Shown: positions 1 through 8,153 of the stretch, one piece after another | Position numbering within the stretch: position 1 is the first letter of the stretch | How the letters are laid out: every line of letters starts with the position of its first letter | From: a virus | Taxonomy: Duplodnaviria > Caudoviricetes | DNA: 63,597 bases | IMG/VR virus record: IMGVR_UViG_3300033182_000943 | Location: 1 to 63,597 of that record | Strand: one strand, 5' to 3' | The notes under the pieces: model-generated | The model's input: only the letters and a program-made list of their open reading frames with translations | Databases searched by the model: none | Told to the model about the DNA's origin: nothing | Position numbers and translations under genes: made by a program

Positions 1-199
1 GGCATTAACATTTAAAGTTATTTTGTTGGACGTAGAAAATCGATTGTGGTTAGCGTATGGTGGAAAGGCTGGAGGGGTTTTTTATACTCAAGATATACAT
101 GAAGCAGCACAATTTACAGACAATGTAGCAGTTAAAGATTTTTTAGAGACCTATGCACCGGGTGTCTTACTAGAACAGTTCTGGGTAACATATACTTAA
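1..199 (+). CDS. small hypothetical protein (5' end at window edge)
   Basis: Open frame ALTFKVILLDVENRLWL...YTQDIHEAAQFTD...VTYT*; resembles the next ORF. Confidence 0.6.
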   Translation, partial: ALTFKVILLDVENRLWLAYGGKAGGVFYTQDIHEAAQFTDNVAVKDFLETYAPGVLLEQFWVTYT

Positions 200-214
200 A
201 AAGAAATTAGATAA

Positions 215-433
215 ATGGCACAACTTACTTATAGTGGATCATGTATAATTCGCAGATTAGAAGACAGGACGTGGTGGGCTGGTCAGGAAGCTGGATGGAC
301 TGAAGATAGAAACTCCGCAATTGTCTTCCAGGATCTTCAGGATGCTAGTAACGAAATTGAAAATAACATTGAAGGGTCTCCAGGTCAATTTATAACTATC
401 TACTGGCAAAACCTGGTTCAATACGTAGAATAA
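215..433 (+). CDS. hypothetical protein
   Basis: 72 aa ORF with A-rich leader. Confidence 0.7.
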   Translation: MAQLTYSGSCIIRRLEDRTWWAGQEAGWTEDRNSAIVFQDLQDASNEIENNIEGSPGQFITIYWQNLVQYVE

Positions 434-546
434 TGAAACACATAAAGAAGTATAACCAATTCAAAGGGGTTAGAGTTCTGGGAAGATCCACTTATGCCAA
501 AGGAAGCCAAATCTGCGCTAACATTCCAAACCATTCCAGGTTATAA
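433..546 (+). CDS. small hypothetical protein
   Basis: TAATG coupling; MKHIKKYNQF... 37 aa. Confidence 0.45.
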   Translation: MKHIKKYNQFKGVRVLGRSTYAKGSQICANIPNHSRL

Positions 547-558
547 AATCAAAAGGCT

Positions 559-681
559 ATGAGAAAAGCAAAACTACTGGTAATAGCAATACTTTCAATA
601 CTCCTAATTGCATCGTGTACGCGCTATAGGTATCATAAGCATATAAAGCAAAGAGGTTCTATTCCACAATCTAAGTATTAG
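559..681 (+). CDS. putative small lipoprotein
   Basis: MRKAKLLVIAILSILLIASC: basic N-region, hydrophobic core, lipobox-like IASC. Confidence 0.55.
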   Translation: MRKAKLLVIAILSILLIASCTRYRYHKHIKQRGSIPQSKY

Positions 682-1387
682 TAGTAAACAATCGCGTTTG
701 CTCAAACAATCAAAGGTCAGCACATGGAGCACACTAATCAGACAAGCAAGCACAAACCACTAACAAAACCCCAGGAGCCCCAATGGATATTCCTGTATTG
801 GGATGAACCACCGCTACAGCCTCAAAGTGCTCAAAACGACCCTCAACCCTAACCACCACGCCATGCTCAACAACCCAATAGACCGGCTAGTCCTAACAGG
901 TATCTCAATACTCCTAATCCTGTATGGAATCGCGTTGACAGTAAGGATCCATTAATTAATCGCGTGGATAACCTCCATAGCTAATACTATCCGTATACCC
1001 TAATACTCTCGTTATCGTACCGTCTACCAGTCCTCGCAGCTGCGCAGTCTGGTAATCCCTAATCTGGCCTTCCGGTTACCGTTCCAGATGTAGTGGATAT
1101 ATACTAGCCTTTTTAGGCTCTAGGGCTATCTAGATCGGCTAATTTACCTCACCTTACCCAAATGCCTTAACTGACAACTATCCTCCTTTACCCACGTAAG
1201 CCCATGTCACAGGGGTCAATCCAAATCCGGCCGTGAAGCGTGACACCCAATGGCTATCCCCAAATACGACGGCTAGTATTACTCGTAGTACAGCTAGACT
1301 ATGTAGATGTACACTTGATAGGAAATCCCCTGTAGTAGCGAAGGGACACCGAGAAAAAAATGAGCCCTAGAGAGAAAAAAGTTGCCC

Positions 1388-1430
1388 AAAAATTTTTTTT
1401 TCCCAACAATTTGTTTTATATTTAAATATA
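1388..1430 (+). promoter_or_regulatory. class I (putative early) promoter
   Basis: TCCCAA..TTGTTTTATATTTAAATATA; motif shared with the 2012, 3132, 10061 and 15161 copies. Confidence 0.65.
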
Positions 1431-1455
1431 ACAAAAAACAATTAAAAACGGAACA

Positions 1456-1914
1456 ATGGTAAACTACTCTGACAAACCACAACTCGCACAGGACCTCAAC
1501 GAATCAAATGACTGCTTCGTCCGCGCCCTGGCTATCTCTGCTAATATTACTTACAACGAAAGCCACGGTATTGCCGAGGAACTGTTCAACCGTAATGTCG
1601 GTGAAGGTACAGAGAACGTGGAGGCTACCATCCGCTCTAAGGAAGGCCGCAACTACTTCGCACACCGCCACCTCCAATTGGAAGACGTCAACCATACCTA
1701 TGTCCGCCGAGACAAAAAGGTACATGCTCTGAACATCCGCGGATTCTACAACCGCTACGGTAAAGGAAGCTACCTGGTATTGGTCAACAAACATGCCCTC
1801 GCAATCGTTGATGGTGTTATCCAGGACTGGGAGTCCGCTAAGAAACACATTGGCCGTACGGTGGAAGCTGCCTACCGCGTAAAGAACCTCCGTCAACAAA
1901 CACTCTTTGCCTAA
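1456..1914 (+). CDS. hypothetical protein, possible papain-like Cys/His enzyme
   Basis: NDCFVRALA and HALAIVDG..D motifs. Confidence 0.6.
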   Translation: MVNYSDKPQLAQDLNESNDCFVRALAISANITYNESHGIAEELFNRNVGEGTENVEATIRSKEGRNYFAHRHLQLEDVNHTYVRRDKKVHALNIRGFYNRYGKGSYLVLVNKHALAIVDGVIQDWESAKKHIGRTVEAAYRVKNLRQQTLFA

Positions 1915-2021
1915 TGGAACTACTTACCGCAATATGGAACGACTGGTATATGACGGTACCACTGTGGATCATAATCTACATCAATTGGATCTCATACCGC
2001 GACCCTAAAGAAAATTGTTAA
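1914..2021 (+). CDS. small hydrophobic protein
   Basis: TAATG coupling; MELLTAIWNDWYMTVPLWIIIYINWISYRDPKENC. Confidence 0.5.
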   Translation: MELLTAIWNDWYMTVPLWIIIYINWISYRDPKENC

Positions 2022-2078
2022 TAACTTTCTCACAGAAAATTTTCAAATTCGGACAAAATAGTTTATATTTATACTATA
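2012..2078 (+). promoter_or_regulatory. class I promoter with upstream TTGTTAATAAC box
   Basis: TTGTTAATAAC 2015-2025; AGAAAATTTTCAA; TATATTTATACTATA from 2064. Confidence 0.7.
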
Positions 2079-2093
2079 CAAAATTAAACGGAT

Positions 2094-2261
2094 ATGGTAC
2101 AAAAAACAAATAACTTCCAGGTCGAACTCCGCAATGACCTACTGATGATCAAAGACAAAAGCGGTAACCTTCTCAAAGCTACTACTGTTCCTGTATGGAA
2201 CGCGGTTGAAAAGTTCAACGAGATGGTAAAGAGAGTAAAGGAAATCGAATCTAAAAAGTAA
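2094..2261 (+). CDS. hypothetical protein (55 aa)
   Basis: MVQKTNNFQVELRNDLLMIKDK... directly downstream of the promoter; below the ORF-track cutoff. Confidence 0.7.
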   Translation: MVQKTNNFQVELRNDLLMIKDKSGNLLKATTVPVWNAVEKFNEMVKRVKEIESKK

Positions 2262-2265
2262 GACA

Positions 2266-3132
2266 ATGGCAAAAACGGAAAAACTGCAAAGTAGACTTAC
2301 ACAGATCAACAAAGTACAGTACGCTGATGGTCTGTTCGATGCTCACAAAACAGGTACCCCACTAGACGGTCTATTCTCAATCGACGGTGGTGTTCCTAAA
2401 GCAACCAACTGGATGGTGGTTGGCGATCCTGGTGTTGGTAAATCAACCGTTACACTGGATATCATTGCCAATGCACAGAAGAATGGTTCAAAGGTACTCT
2501 TTATCTCGGCTGAAATGAACCAGGTGGATCTGTACCTCTATGTACAACGCTATCCTAAGTTTGGTAACCTGGATATCTTCTTCCCCCAGGAACTTGCTGA
2601 TGATGAAGACCCTCGCCGTGTACTTAACGAGATCCTGGATACCGGGTACGATCTGGTACTAATCGATAGTTTCATTGAACTTCAACAAACTATCCGTGAA
2701 CACGCACACATGACGAGTAACGGATCAGAGAAGTGGTTATTGGATATGATGTACAAACAGAACCTTGGACAGAATGCGGCAGGTACCTTTACCTCCTTCC
2801 TTAATATCCAACAGGTCAACAAAGGTGGTACATTCGTTGGATCTAACAAACTAAAGCATATGACCACCGGGATGATGGAAATCCGATTTGTGGATGAACG
2901 CACCCAGGATGAACGATACGTGGTATTCTCTAAGAACCGCCGTGGCCATGTTGGCAAACAAATGTTCTTTGACCTTTCGGCTGCCGGAGATGTAGTATAC
3001 GATACTGAACGATTCAAGAAAGCCGAATCGCTGAAGCAATTGAAAAAGAAAGAAAAGGAACTGATCAAACAGGAAGGCCTTGAATTTGACAAACTGTTTG
3101 GATTAGGTGGTAACGATGAGGTTACTGAGTAA
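2266..3132 (+). CDS. RecA-superfamily ATPase (RadA/Sms or KaiC-like)
   Basis: TGTPLD start, Walker A GDPGVGKS, VLFISAEM, Walker B LVLIDS, KNRRG arginine finger. Confidence 0.85.
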   Translation: MAKTEKLQSRLTQINKVQYADGLFDAHKTGTPLDGLFSIDGGVPKATNWMVVGDPGVGKSTVTLDIIANAQKNGSKVLFISAEMNQVDLYLYVQRYPKFGNLDIFFPQELADDEDPRRVLNEILDTGYDLVLIDSFIELQQTIREHAHMTSNGSEKWLLDMMYKQNLGQNAAGTFTSFLNIQQVNKGGTFVGSNKLKHMTTGMMEIRFVDERTQDERYVVFSKNRRGHVGKQMFFDLSAAGDVVYDTERFKKAESLKQLKKKEKELIKQEGLEFDKLFGLGGNDEVTE

Positions 3133-3209
3133 AATTGTTAATAACTTTTGTGAAAAAAGTCCTAGAAAACCTTTCAATTCCCAAAAAATTGTTTTATATT
3201 TATACTATA
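3132..3209 (+). promoter_or_regulatory. class I promoter with upstream TTGTTAATAAC box
   Basis: Near-identical to 15161-15237. Confidence 0.75.
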
Positions 3210-3227
3210 CAAATTAATTAAACGGAT

Positions 3228-3506
3228 ATGGATATTACAACAATCGACTTCAATGGAATGACAACCGAAGAACTGAAAACTCTTCGTAACCGCATTACCT
3301 CTGTACTTAACTACCGCTTCGGCGACGAACTCGCAATGGCTAAAGCCCAATTGTATATTGGAGCCGTTTGTAAAGTGGATCACCCTAAAGCCCACGGTAA
3401 ACAATTCCGTGTAGTAAAGATCAATCCTAAGAACGTGGTCTGTTCGGAATTAGGCAATGGCCGTAAATGGACAATCACCGCCTCAATGTTGCAGGTAATC
3501 GGATAA
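3228..3506 (+). CDS. hypothetical protein, possible SH3/KOW-like fold
   Basis: 92 aa; FRVVKINPKNVVC beta-rich C-terminus. Confidence 0.7.
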   Translation: MDITTIDFNGMTTEELKTLRNRITSVLNYRFGDELAMAKAQLYIGAVCKVDHPKAHGKQFRVVKINPKNVVCSELGNGRKWTITASMLQVIG

Positions 3507-3550
3507 ATACTATAGGTGAGAAAAAACCTCATCGCTAGGAAAAAACACTG

Positions 3551-3577
3551 AAACAAACCAAGTAAAAAAGCATATAA
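3551..3577 (+). promoter_or_regulatory. class II promoter AAAC-N18-TATAA
   Basis: Motif recurs at 5893, 9347, 13303, 21193, 29933 and 58855. Confidence 0.6.
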
Positions 3578-3591
3578 AAATAAACAAAGAT

Positions 3592-4749
3592 ATGGCAAAT
3601 TTAACAACCCTTTCTAACACCGCATTTGAACAGGCTAAGAAAGAAGCTATTGGAAACGAACTGATGCGTAAGGAAATCAGTCTGTCTGAATTTAACGTGG
3701 TGGATAACAACCACATTGAAATTGATGGAGTCCGCATCGAGGTAACGGATAAGGCATTCGGTAAACTACTTGGCCGCCTCCGTATTCCTAAGGCATTCGC
3801 AAAACGCTTCTCTGAAGGCTTCGGTAATGACGGTTTGCGTCAATTGGTAACAATGATGAAAACCATGAAGAGTAACCACAATGACCAAACGGTTACACTA
3901 TTGGTGGATCCATCCACTCGTAAGATTACCGATATCCTGCCTGCAGGGTATGCCGCTATCTCAAACGAATCGTTCTTTGACTTCGCAACCCGTTATATTG
4001 ACCAATATGGTCTGGGAGTAACCCACGTTGGATCTAGTCCATACGGTGGAGCCCAAATTAACTGCGTATCTAAGGATGGTATGTTCCATGTACCGGGTAT
4101 GTCCAATGAGGTATTTAATACTGGTGTTACCTTCCGCAATACTCCAACCAATGGATTGCAGGTATCCCCTTACCTCAGCCGACTGGTCTGTACCAATGGT
4201 ATGAGTTCTACCCAATTCGCTGAAACCTTCGGATTGCATCAATTCACGGATAAGAATATCAATGAATTCAATGAACATATGATCCGTATGGCTTCTACAG
4301 GATTCCAACCAGTTGGATTGGCTGATACTATTAAGAAAGCCCACAATACCGACGCGAGTTTGGCTGAAATGCAAAAAGCCATATCGGCTATTATGACCAC
4401 GGATAAGGCTGTGGACTACGACTATATCCAAAGGTACATTCCAATTGACCGCGCAATGAAAGCCTACGATATGGCAGGTGCTGACCCGGCTACCTTTACC
4501 GCTAACCAACTAAAGAATGCCAAGTCTGGTATGTCTGTCTGGGATGTTGTAAATGGTATGACCAATTTTGCATCTAACGATACCAGGTATAGTATCGATG
4601 ATCAGAAGATGGGAAATCTAATGATTACTGCTGGTAATATACTGACCAAGAAACAATACGATACCGAAGGACTACTCCAGGTAGATCCATTCGCTAACCG
4701 TAGCCTTCTGACCGAAGCTGAAGCTGCTCGTGTCCGAGGCGAAGCATAA
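3592..4749 (+). CDS. DUF932-like protein
   Basis: RLVCTNGM motif; C-terminal WDVVNGMTNFA helix typical of the family. Confidence 0.7.
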   Translation: MANLTTLSNTAFEQAKKEAIGNELMRKEISLSEFNVVDNNHIEIDGVRIEVTDKAFGKLLGRLRIPKAFAKRFSEGFGNDGLRQLVTMMKTMKSNHNDQTVTLLVDPSTRKITDILPAGYAAISNESFFDFATRYIDQYGLGVTHVGSSPYGGAQINCVSKDGMFHVPGMSNEVFNTGVTFRNTPTNGLQVSPYLSRLVCTNGMSSTQFAETFGLHQFTDKNINEFNEHMIRMASTGFQPVGLADTIKKAHNTDASLAEMQKAISAIMTTDKAVDYDYIQRYIPIDRAMKAYDMAGADPATFTANQLKNAKSGMSVWDVVNGMTNFASNDTRYSIDDQKMGNLMITAGNILTKKQYDTEGLLQVDPFANRSLLTEAEAARVRGEA

Positions 4750-4777
4750 ATCCAGGTTTTTCCGTTTACCCCTGGTA

Positions 4778-4806
4778 GGGACCGCTGTAATGGTGGTCCC
4801 TTTTTT
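4778..4806 (+). terminator. intrinsic terminator
   Basis: GGGACC..GGTCCC stem followed by TTTTTT. Confidence 0.85.
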
Positions 4807-5620
4807 GTGCCCAAAATACCCATCTAATAGGAAAACCCCTGCGTGGCTGAAGACCCAATCCGGGTATCCGGGTAAACCGGGTGCCCAAATAGGCCCAAAA
4901 TACACACATTTAGGCACATCTAGAACGGTCCTCTAGAGCAGCCCCCTAGAAGGACCGTCTAGAGCCCATTATTTCACACTATTTCCGGGCTATATCGGCC
5001 CAAAACGCCTAGTAGTTTGCAAAAGGACCCAAAAACACCCAAAAAAGAGGCTCTAGAAGGCCCAAATACCGCCTATATGGTAATATACGGTAATAGAGCC
5101 AAATAGTGACAATCCTCAGCTAACCTATCTACTACCATAGTAGCTACAACCATCCCCTAGTACCGTATACCGTATACCATATAAAAGGCTAATCCTACAT
5201 CTAACGGATCTACCCCTATACGGTATAAACAGTATTACCGGTCTAATCGCGGATCCGCCGTAGTTGTGGTAGTCCGGGGTGGTTATGGCCCTGGAGTACC
5301 CTAAGAGAATAATTCCCTCTAAGTGTATTTTTCTCTTGCCGCCGGAATGTGGGTCCGGGCCCATGGGCAGCCGCAGACCAAAAAATTCCAGCCGGAATTT
5401 CCAGACCCTCCAGAAGTGTGAGTAACCGGACATGTGATCTTAGCTCATTTCTAGTCTGGAAAAAAACTAGCCTGAAAAAACCGTGTGCCGCGAAGTGCCC
5501 ACTCACCTAGCGGACCCGGTCCGCAGACTACCCGCGGCTATCCCCTGGTAACCTAGGGTAACTTTTTTCTCTGGTCCCTTTCAGTTTTCCCGTAGACCTG
5601 TTACTATTATACTGTAATTA
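4807..5620. other. GC-elevated non-coding region rich in hairpins and palindromes (ncRNA, origin or terminus candidate)
   Basis: No credible ORF; many inverted repeats and CCCAAA repeats. Confidence 0.55.
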
Positions 5621-5637
5621 CCGCAAAGGAATACCTT

Positions 5638-5919
5638 ATGAAACTCTTATTCTGTAAACAGTGTAACGATATATTCCGGTTATACGTAGACCATCCCAAG
5701 ACCTGCCACTGTGGCAAGACGGTGGGACAATACGAGAAGGATGGACTACACGCCTGGTACCGCGGTCCTGCCGTTCCCCTCGGGTTTGCGAATAGTTCAT
5801 TCGTTATGGCCTTACAGTTCCAACCGGATGGTCCAGGGTTAGGTAAGGATTTCCACGCGTTTGTTATTCCAAAGGAATGCGATACGTTTGTGAAACAAGA
5901 TAGGAATACTACCGTATAA
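5638..5919 (+). CDS. putative zinc-ribbon protein
   Basis: CKQC ... CHCG. Confidence 0.7.
   Translation: MKLLFCKQCNDIFRLYVDHPKTCHCGKTVGQYEKDGLHAWYRGPAVPLGFANSSFVMALQFQPDGPGLGKDFHAFVIPKECDTFVKQDRNTTV
5893..5919 (+). promoter_or_regulatory. class II promoter AAAC-N18-TATAA
   Basis: Motif match upstream of ATG 5936. Confidence 0.55.
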
Positions 5920-5935
5920 TAACTATATACATACC

Positions 5936-6079
5936 ATGAAAAAGTTTTTTGAACAATCCCTCTATCTCTGCATGAACTGTGTGGTTTGGGGACTCTCTGC
6001 AATGCTCCTTTGGGGAGTAACTCTGGCTGCCTTCCACATACTGGGTATACCGGTTCCGCAATGGTTATTTCCGGTCTAG
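5936..6079 (+). CDS. small membrane protein
   Basis: MKKFFEQSLYLCMNCVVWGLSAMLLWGVTLAAFHILGIPVPQWLFPV. Confidence 0.55.
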   Translation: MKKFFEQSLYLCMNCVVWGLSAMLLWGVTLAAFHILGIPVPQWLFPV

Positions 6080-6188
6080 GGGAACTATGTGCTGCAATGT
6101 GCGACCGCCACTAGAAATATGTGCTGAACACTAGAAGTCTACTAATATCTAAATAAACCTCAACTTAATTTTTTAATCTTTAGAAACC

Positions 6189-6416
6189 ATGCAAATGGAT
6201 ACTATCTTTGTTAAGGCGCCGAAAGCCGGCGAAATGGTAAAGCTGTGGAGCTTGCCTACAGGAACAGTGGTTATCCGCGAAGGTCTTAGACTGGACGGAG
6301 GGAAACTTGTTGGACCTTTTACTATAACTAAACAGGCTGGTGCGGCCACCTTTGGAAAGACCTCGTGGGATTATGAATTCCACCTGGATGCTTCACTGGA
6401 AGTTACTGTGGCCTAA
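6189..6416 (+). CDS. hypothetical protein
   Basis: 75 aa ORF. Confidence 0.65.
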   Translation: MQMDTIFVKAPKAGEMVKLWSLPTGTVVIREGLRLDGGKLVGPFTITKQAGAATFGKTSWDYEFHLDASLEVTVA

Positions 6417-6554
6417 CACTTGCGGCCGGTTCCTTAGACCACTACACCGGTTACTGGGTCTTTGGATTTAGTACGAGAGTACACGGCCTCATCCACCCTA
6501 CACACTCTACGAGTTCTGCACCTCTACAAAATTTTACATAGGTGCTATCAACAT

Positions 6555-6628
6555 GGGAATGTAGCTCAGTTGGTTAGAGCAGGACTCTTATACAGTCAAG
6601 GTCAATGGTTCAAGTCCATTCATTCCTA
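6555..6628 (+). tRNA. tRNA-Ile(TAT)
   Basis: Acceptor GGGAATG/CATTCCT; anticodon loop CT-TAT-AC; GGTTCAAGTCC T-arm. Confidence 0.9.
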
Positions 6629-6647
6629 CAAACTCGTGTGTGAGGTA

Positions 6648-6721
6648 GCTTCTTTAGCTCAGTTGGTTAGAGCATCTGACTGTTAATCAGAGGGTCCTTG
6701 GTTCGAGGCCAAGAAGAAGCG
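6648..6721 (+). tRNA. tRNA-Asn(GTT)
   Basis: TCTGA-CT-GTT-AA-TCAGA; full cloverleaf. Confidence 0.95.
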
Positions 6722-6726
6722 CAAAT

Positions 6727-6808
6727 GGGAGTATCGCATAGCGGCTATTGCAGCGGACTGTAACTCCGCCGTCGTAAGACATCCCTGGTTCGAGTCCAGG
6801 TGCTCCCA
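6727..6808 (+). tRNA. tRNA-Tyr(GTA)
   Basis: GCGGA-CT-GTA-AC-TCCGC; long variable arm. Confidence 0.93.
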
Positions 6809-6813
6809 CAAAA

Positions 6814-6884
6814 GCGTCCATGATGTAATGGTAGCATAACGGTCTCCAAAACCGTTCGTCTAGGTTCGAGTCCTAGTGGGCGTG
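6814..6884 (+). tRNA. tRNA-Trp(CCA)
   Basis: ACGGT-CT-CCA-AA-ACCGT. Confidence 0.93.
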
Positions 6885-6890
6885 CAATAT

Positions 6891-6965
6891 GGTTCCTTAG
6901 CTCAGTTGGTTCAGAGCATCTCGTTTACACCGAGAAGGTCCTTGGTTCGAGCCCAAGAGGAATCA
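6891..6965 (+). tRNA. tRNA-Val(TAC)
   Basis: TCTCG-TT-TAC-AC-CGAGA. Confidence 0.93.
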
Positions 6966-6967
6966 CT

Positions 6968-7041
<74 letters not shown>

Positions 7042-7512
7042 CTAAAGTTTTTTCCTTACGGATAATTGAACAAACTCTTTTGCTGATGTAGTAAAAGAAG
7101 TCTCTAATGATAGACCTTCCTTAAGTTGGAGATGTGCATACACACTAGTAGGGGTTTTGTAGAAACCGTTTCTTGGTAAAGGTCCTAGTAACCAAAACGG
7201 TGCAACACCTAATCTTAAGTGGTCGTTAACCTGGTATTCAATCTGAGTTAGTCTTACTCTTACCTGGGCATTCATTTGATATGTGGAATCTTCTCCCTTA
7301 TATGAAACGGTATTGAAGAGATTGACTAGTTCTACTCTAGGACCAAATAACCACCTACCTTCTGTAAAAGTTTTTTCAACACTTATTGATAGTGAGTTAT
7401 AGTAAGATACATTAGCTGACATTTCTACTGCCCAGCTTTCTGAAGTATCTTTGGACTGTCCTAATACAAACGAGAAGAACAAACAGAGTAAGCATGTTAA
7501 AAAACTTTTCAT
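7042..7512 (-). CDS. secreted protein, putative outer-membrane beta-barrel
   Basis: Signal peptide MKSFLTCLLCLFFSFVLG; alternating amphipathic beta strands; ends FVQLSVRKKL. Confidence 0.6.
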   Translation of the reverse strand: MKSFLTCLLCLFFSFVLGQSKDTSESWAVEMSANVSYYNSLSISVEKTFTEGRWLFGPRVELVNLFNTVSYKGEDSTYQMNAQVRVRLTQIEYQVNDHLRLGVAPFWLLGPLPRNGFYKTPTSVYAHLQLKEGLSLETSFTTSAKEFVQLSVRKKL

Positions 7513-7667
7513 AAGGCTTTTCTTTATCTATTGAAGAATGAGACAGCTATACCTACATATAATGTAATATGACTGTAAACTAAATGAGGGTTAAGCAATA
7601 TAATAATAAATCAAACACAGTTTGGTTTAGCTTAAGAAACACAGACCGACCTTATTAGACTATTATA

Positions 7668-7841
7668 ATGCCAGTACCTACATTAGATGAACATATTCAG
7701 ATTCAAGAAATCTTAGCAGAAGCCCGTGCATACGGTTTACAACACGAAGTAAATGAATGGGCCGATAAGTTCATGGATGAATCACCAGAGCTAACTCCAC
7801 TTGAGGCTTATGTAATGGCATTCAATGAGTGGATTAAATAA
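7668..7841 (+). CDS. hypothetical protein (57 aa)
   Basis: MPVPTLDEHIQIQEILAEARAYGL...EWIK. Confidence 0.65.
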   Translation: MPVPTLDEHIQIQEILAEARAYGLQHEVNEWADKFMDESPELTPLEAYVMAFNEWIK

Positions 7842-7858
7842 ACTAAAATAATTGTATT

Positions 7859-8152
7859 ATGATCACAGAAGATAAAAGCATTCTTAAGGAAGGTAAAGTA
7901 CTTATTGACTTTTGGGCTGAATGGTGTGGCCCTTGTAGAATAATGAAGCCAACTGTTCAAGGGTTTGCAGAATCTCACCCAGATGTAAATGTATACTTTT
8001 GTAATGTTGATGAAGACTCTGAAATGGCAGCAGCATTTGGGGTTAGATCAATTCCTACATTGGTTTATTTAGAAGATGGTGAAGTAAAAGGTCGTAAGGT
8101 TGGTAATGTACCACCTGCAATTATTGAGGAGATGGTTAACTTCAGTGCTTAA
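7859..8152 (+). CDS. trxA: thioredoxin
   Basis: DFWAEWCGPC active site; SIPTL cis-Pro motif. Confidence 0.95.
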   Translation: MITEDKSILKEGKVLIDFWAEWCGPCRIMKPTVQGFAESHPDVNVYFCNVDEDSEMAAAFGVRSIPTLVYLEDGEVKGRKVGNVPPAIIEEMVNFSA

Positions 8153-8153
8153 T

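Noticed and set aside
3961-4509. 182 aa antisense ORF and similar shadows at 1504, 2682 and 59353
   Set aside because: Fully antisense to well-supported genes and explained by codon bias.
5125-5506. Minus-strand ORFs of 102 and 87 aa
   Set aside because: No recognisable motifs or typical leader; probably chance ORFs in a GC-richer structured region.
4807-5620. RNase P RNA, tmRNA or self-splicing intron
   Set aside because: I could not find the RNase P GAGGAAAGTCC motif, tmRNA tRNA-like ends or an interrupted host gene; an Rfam scan is still needed.
6462-6686. 74 aa ORF
   Set aside because: Overlaps tRNA-Ile and tRNA-Asn.
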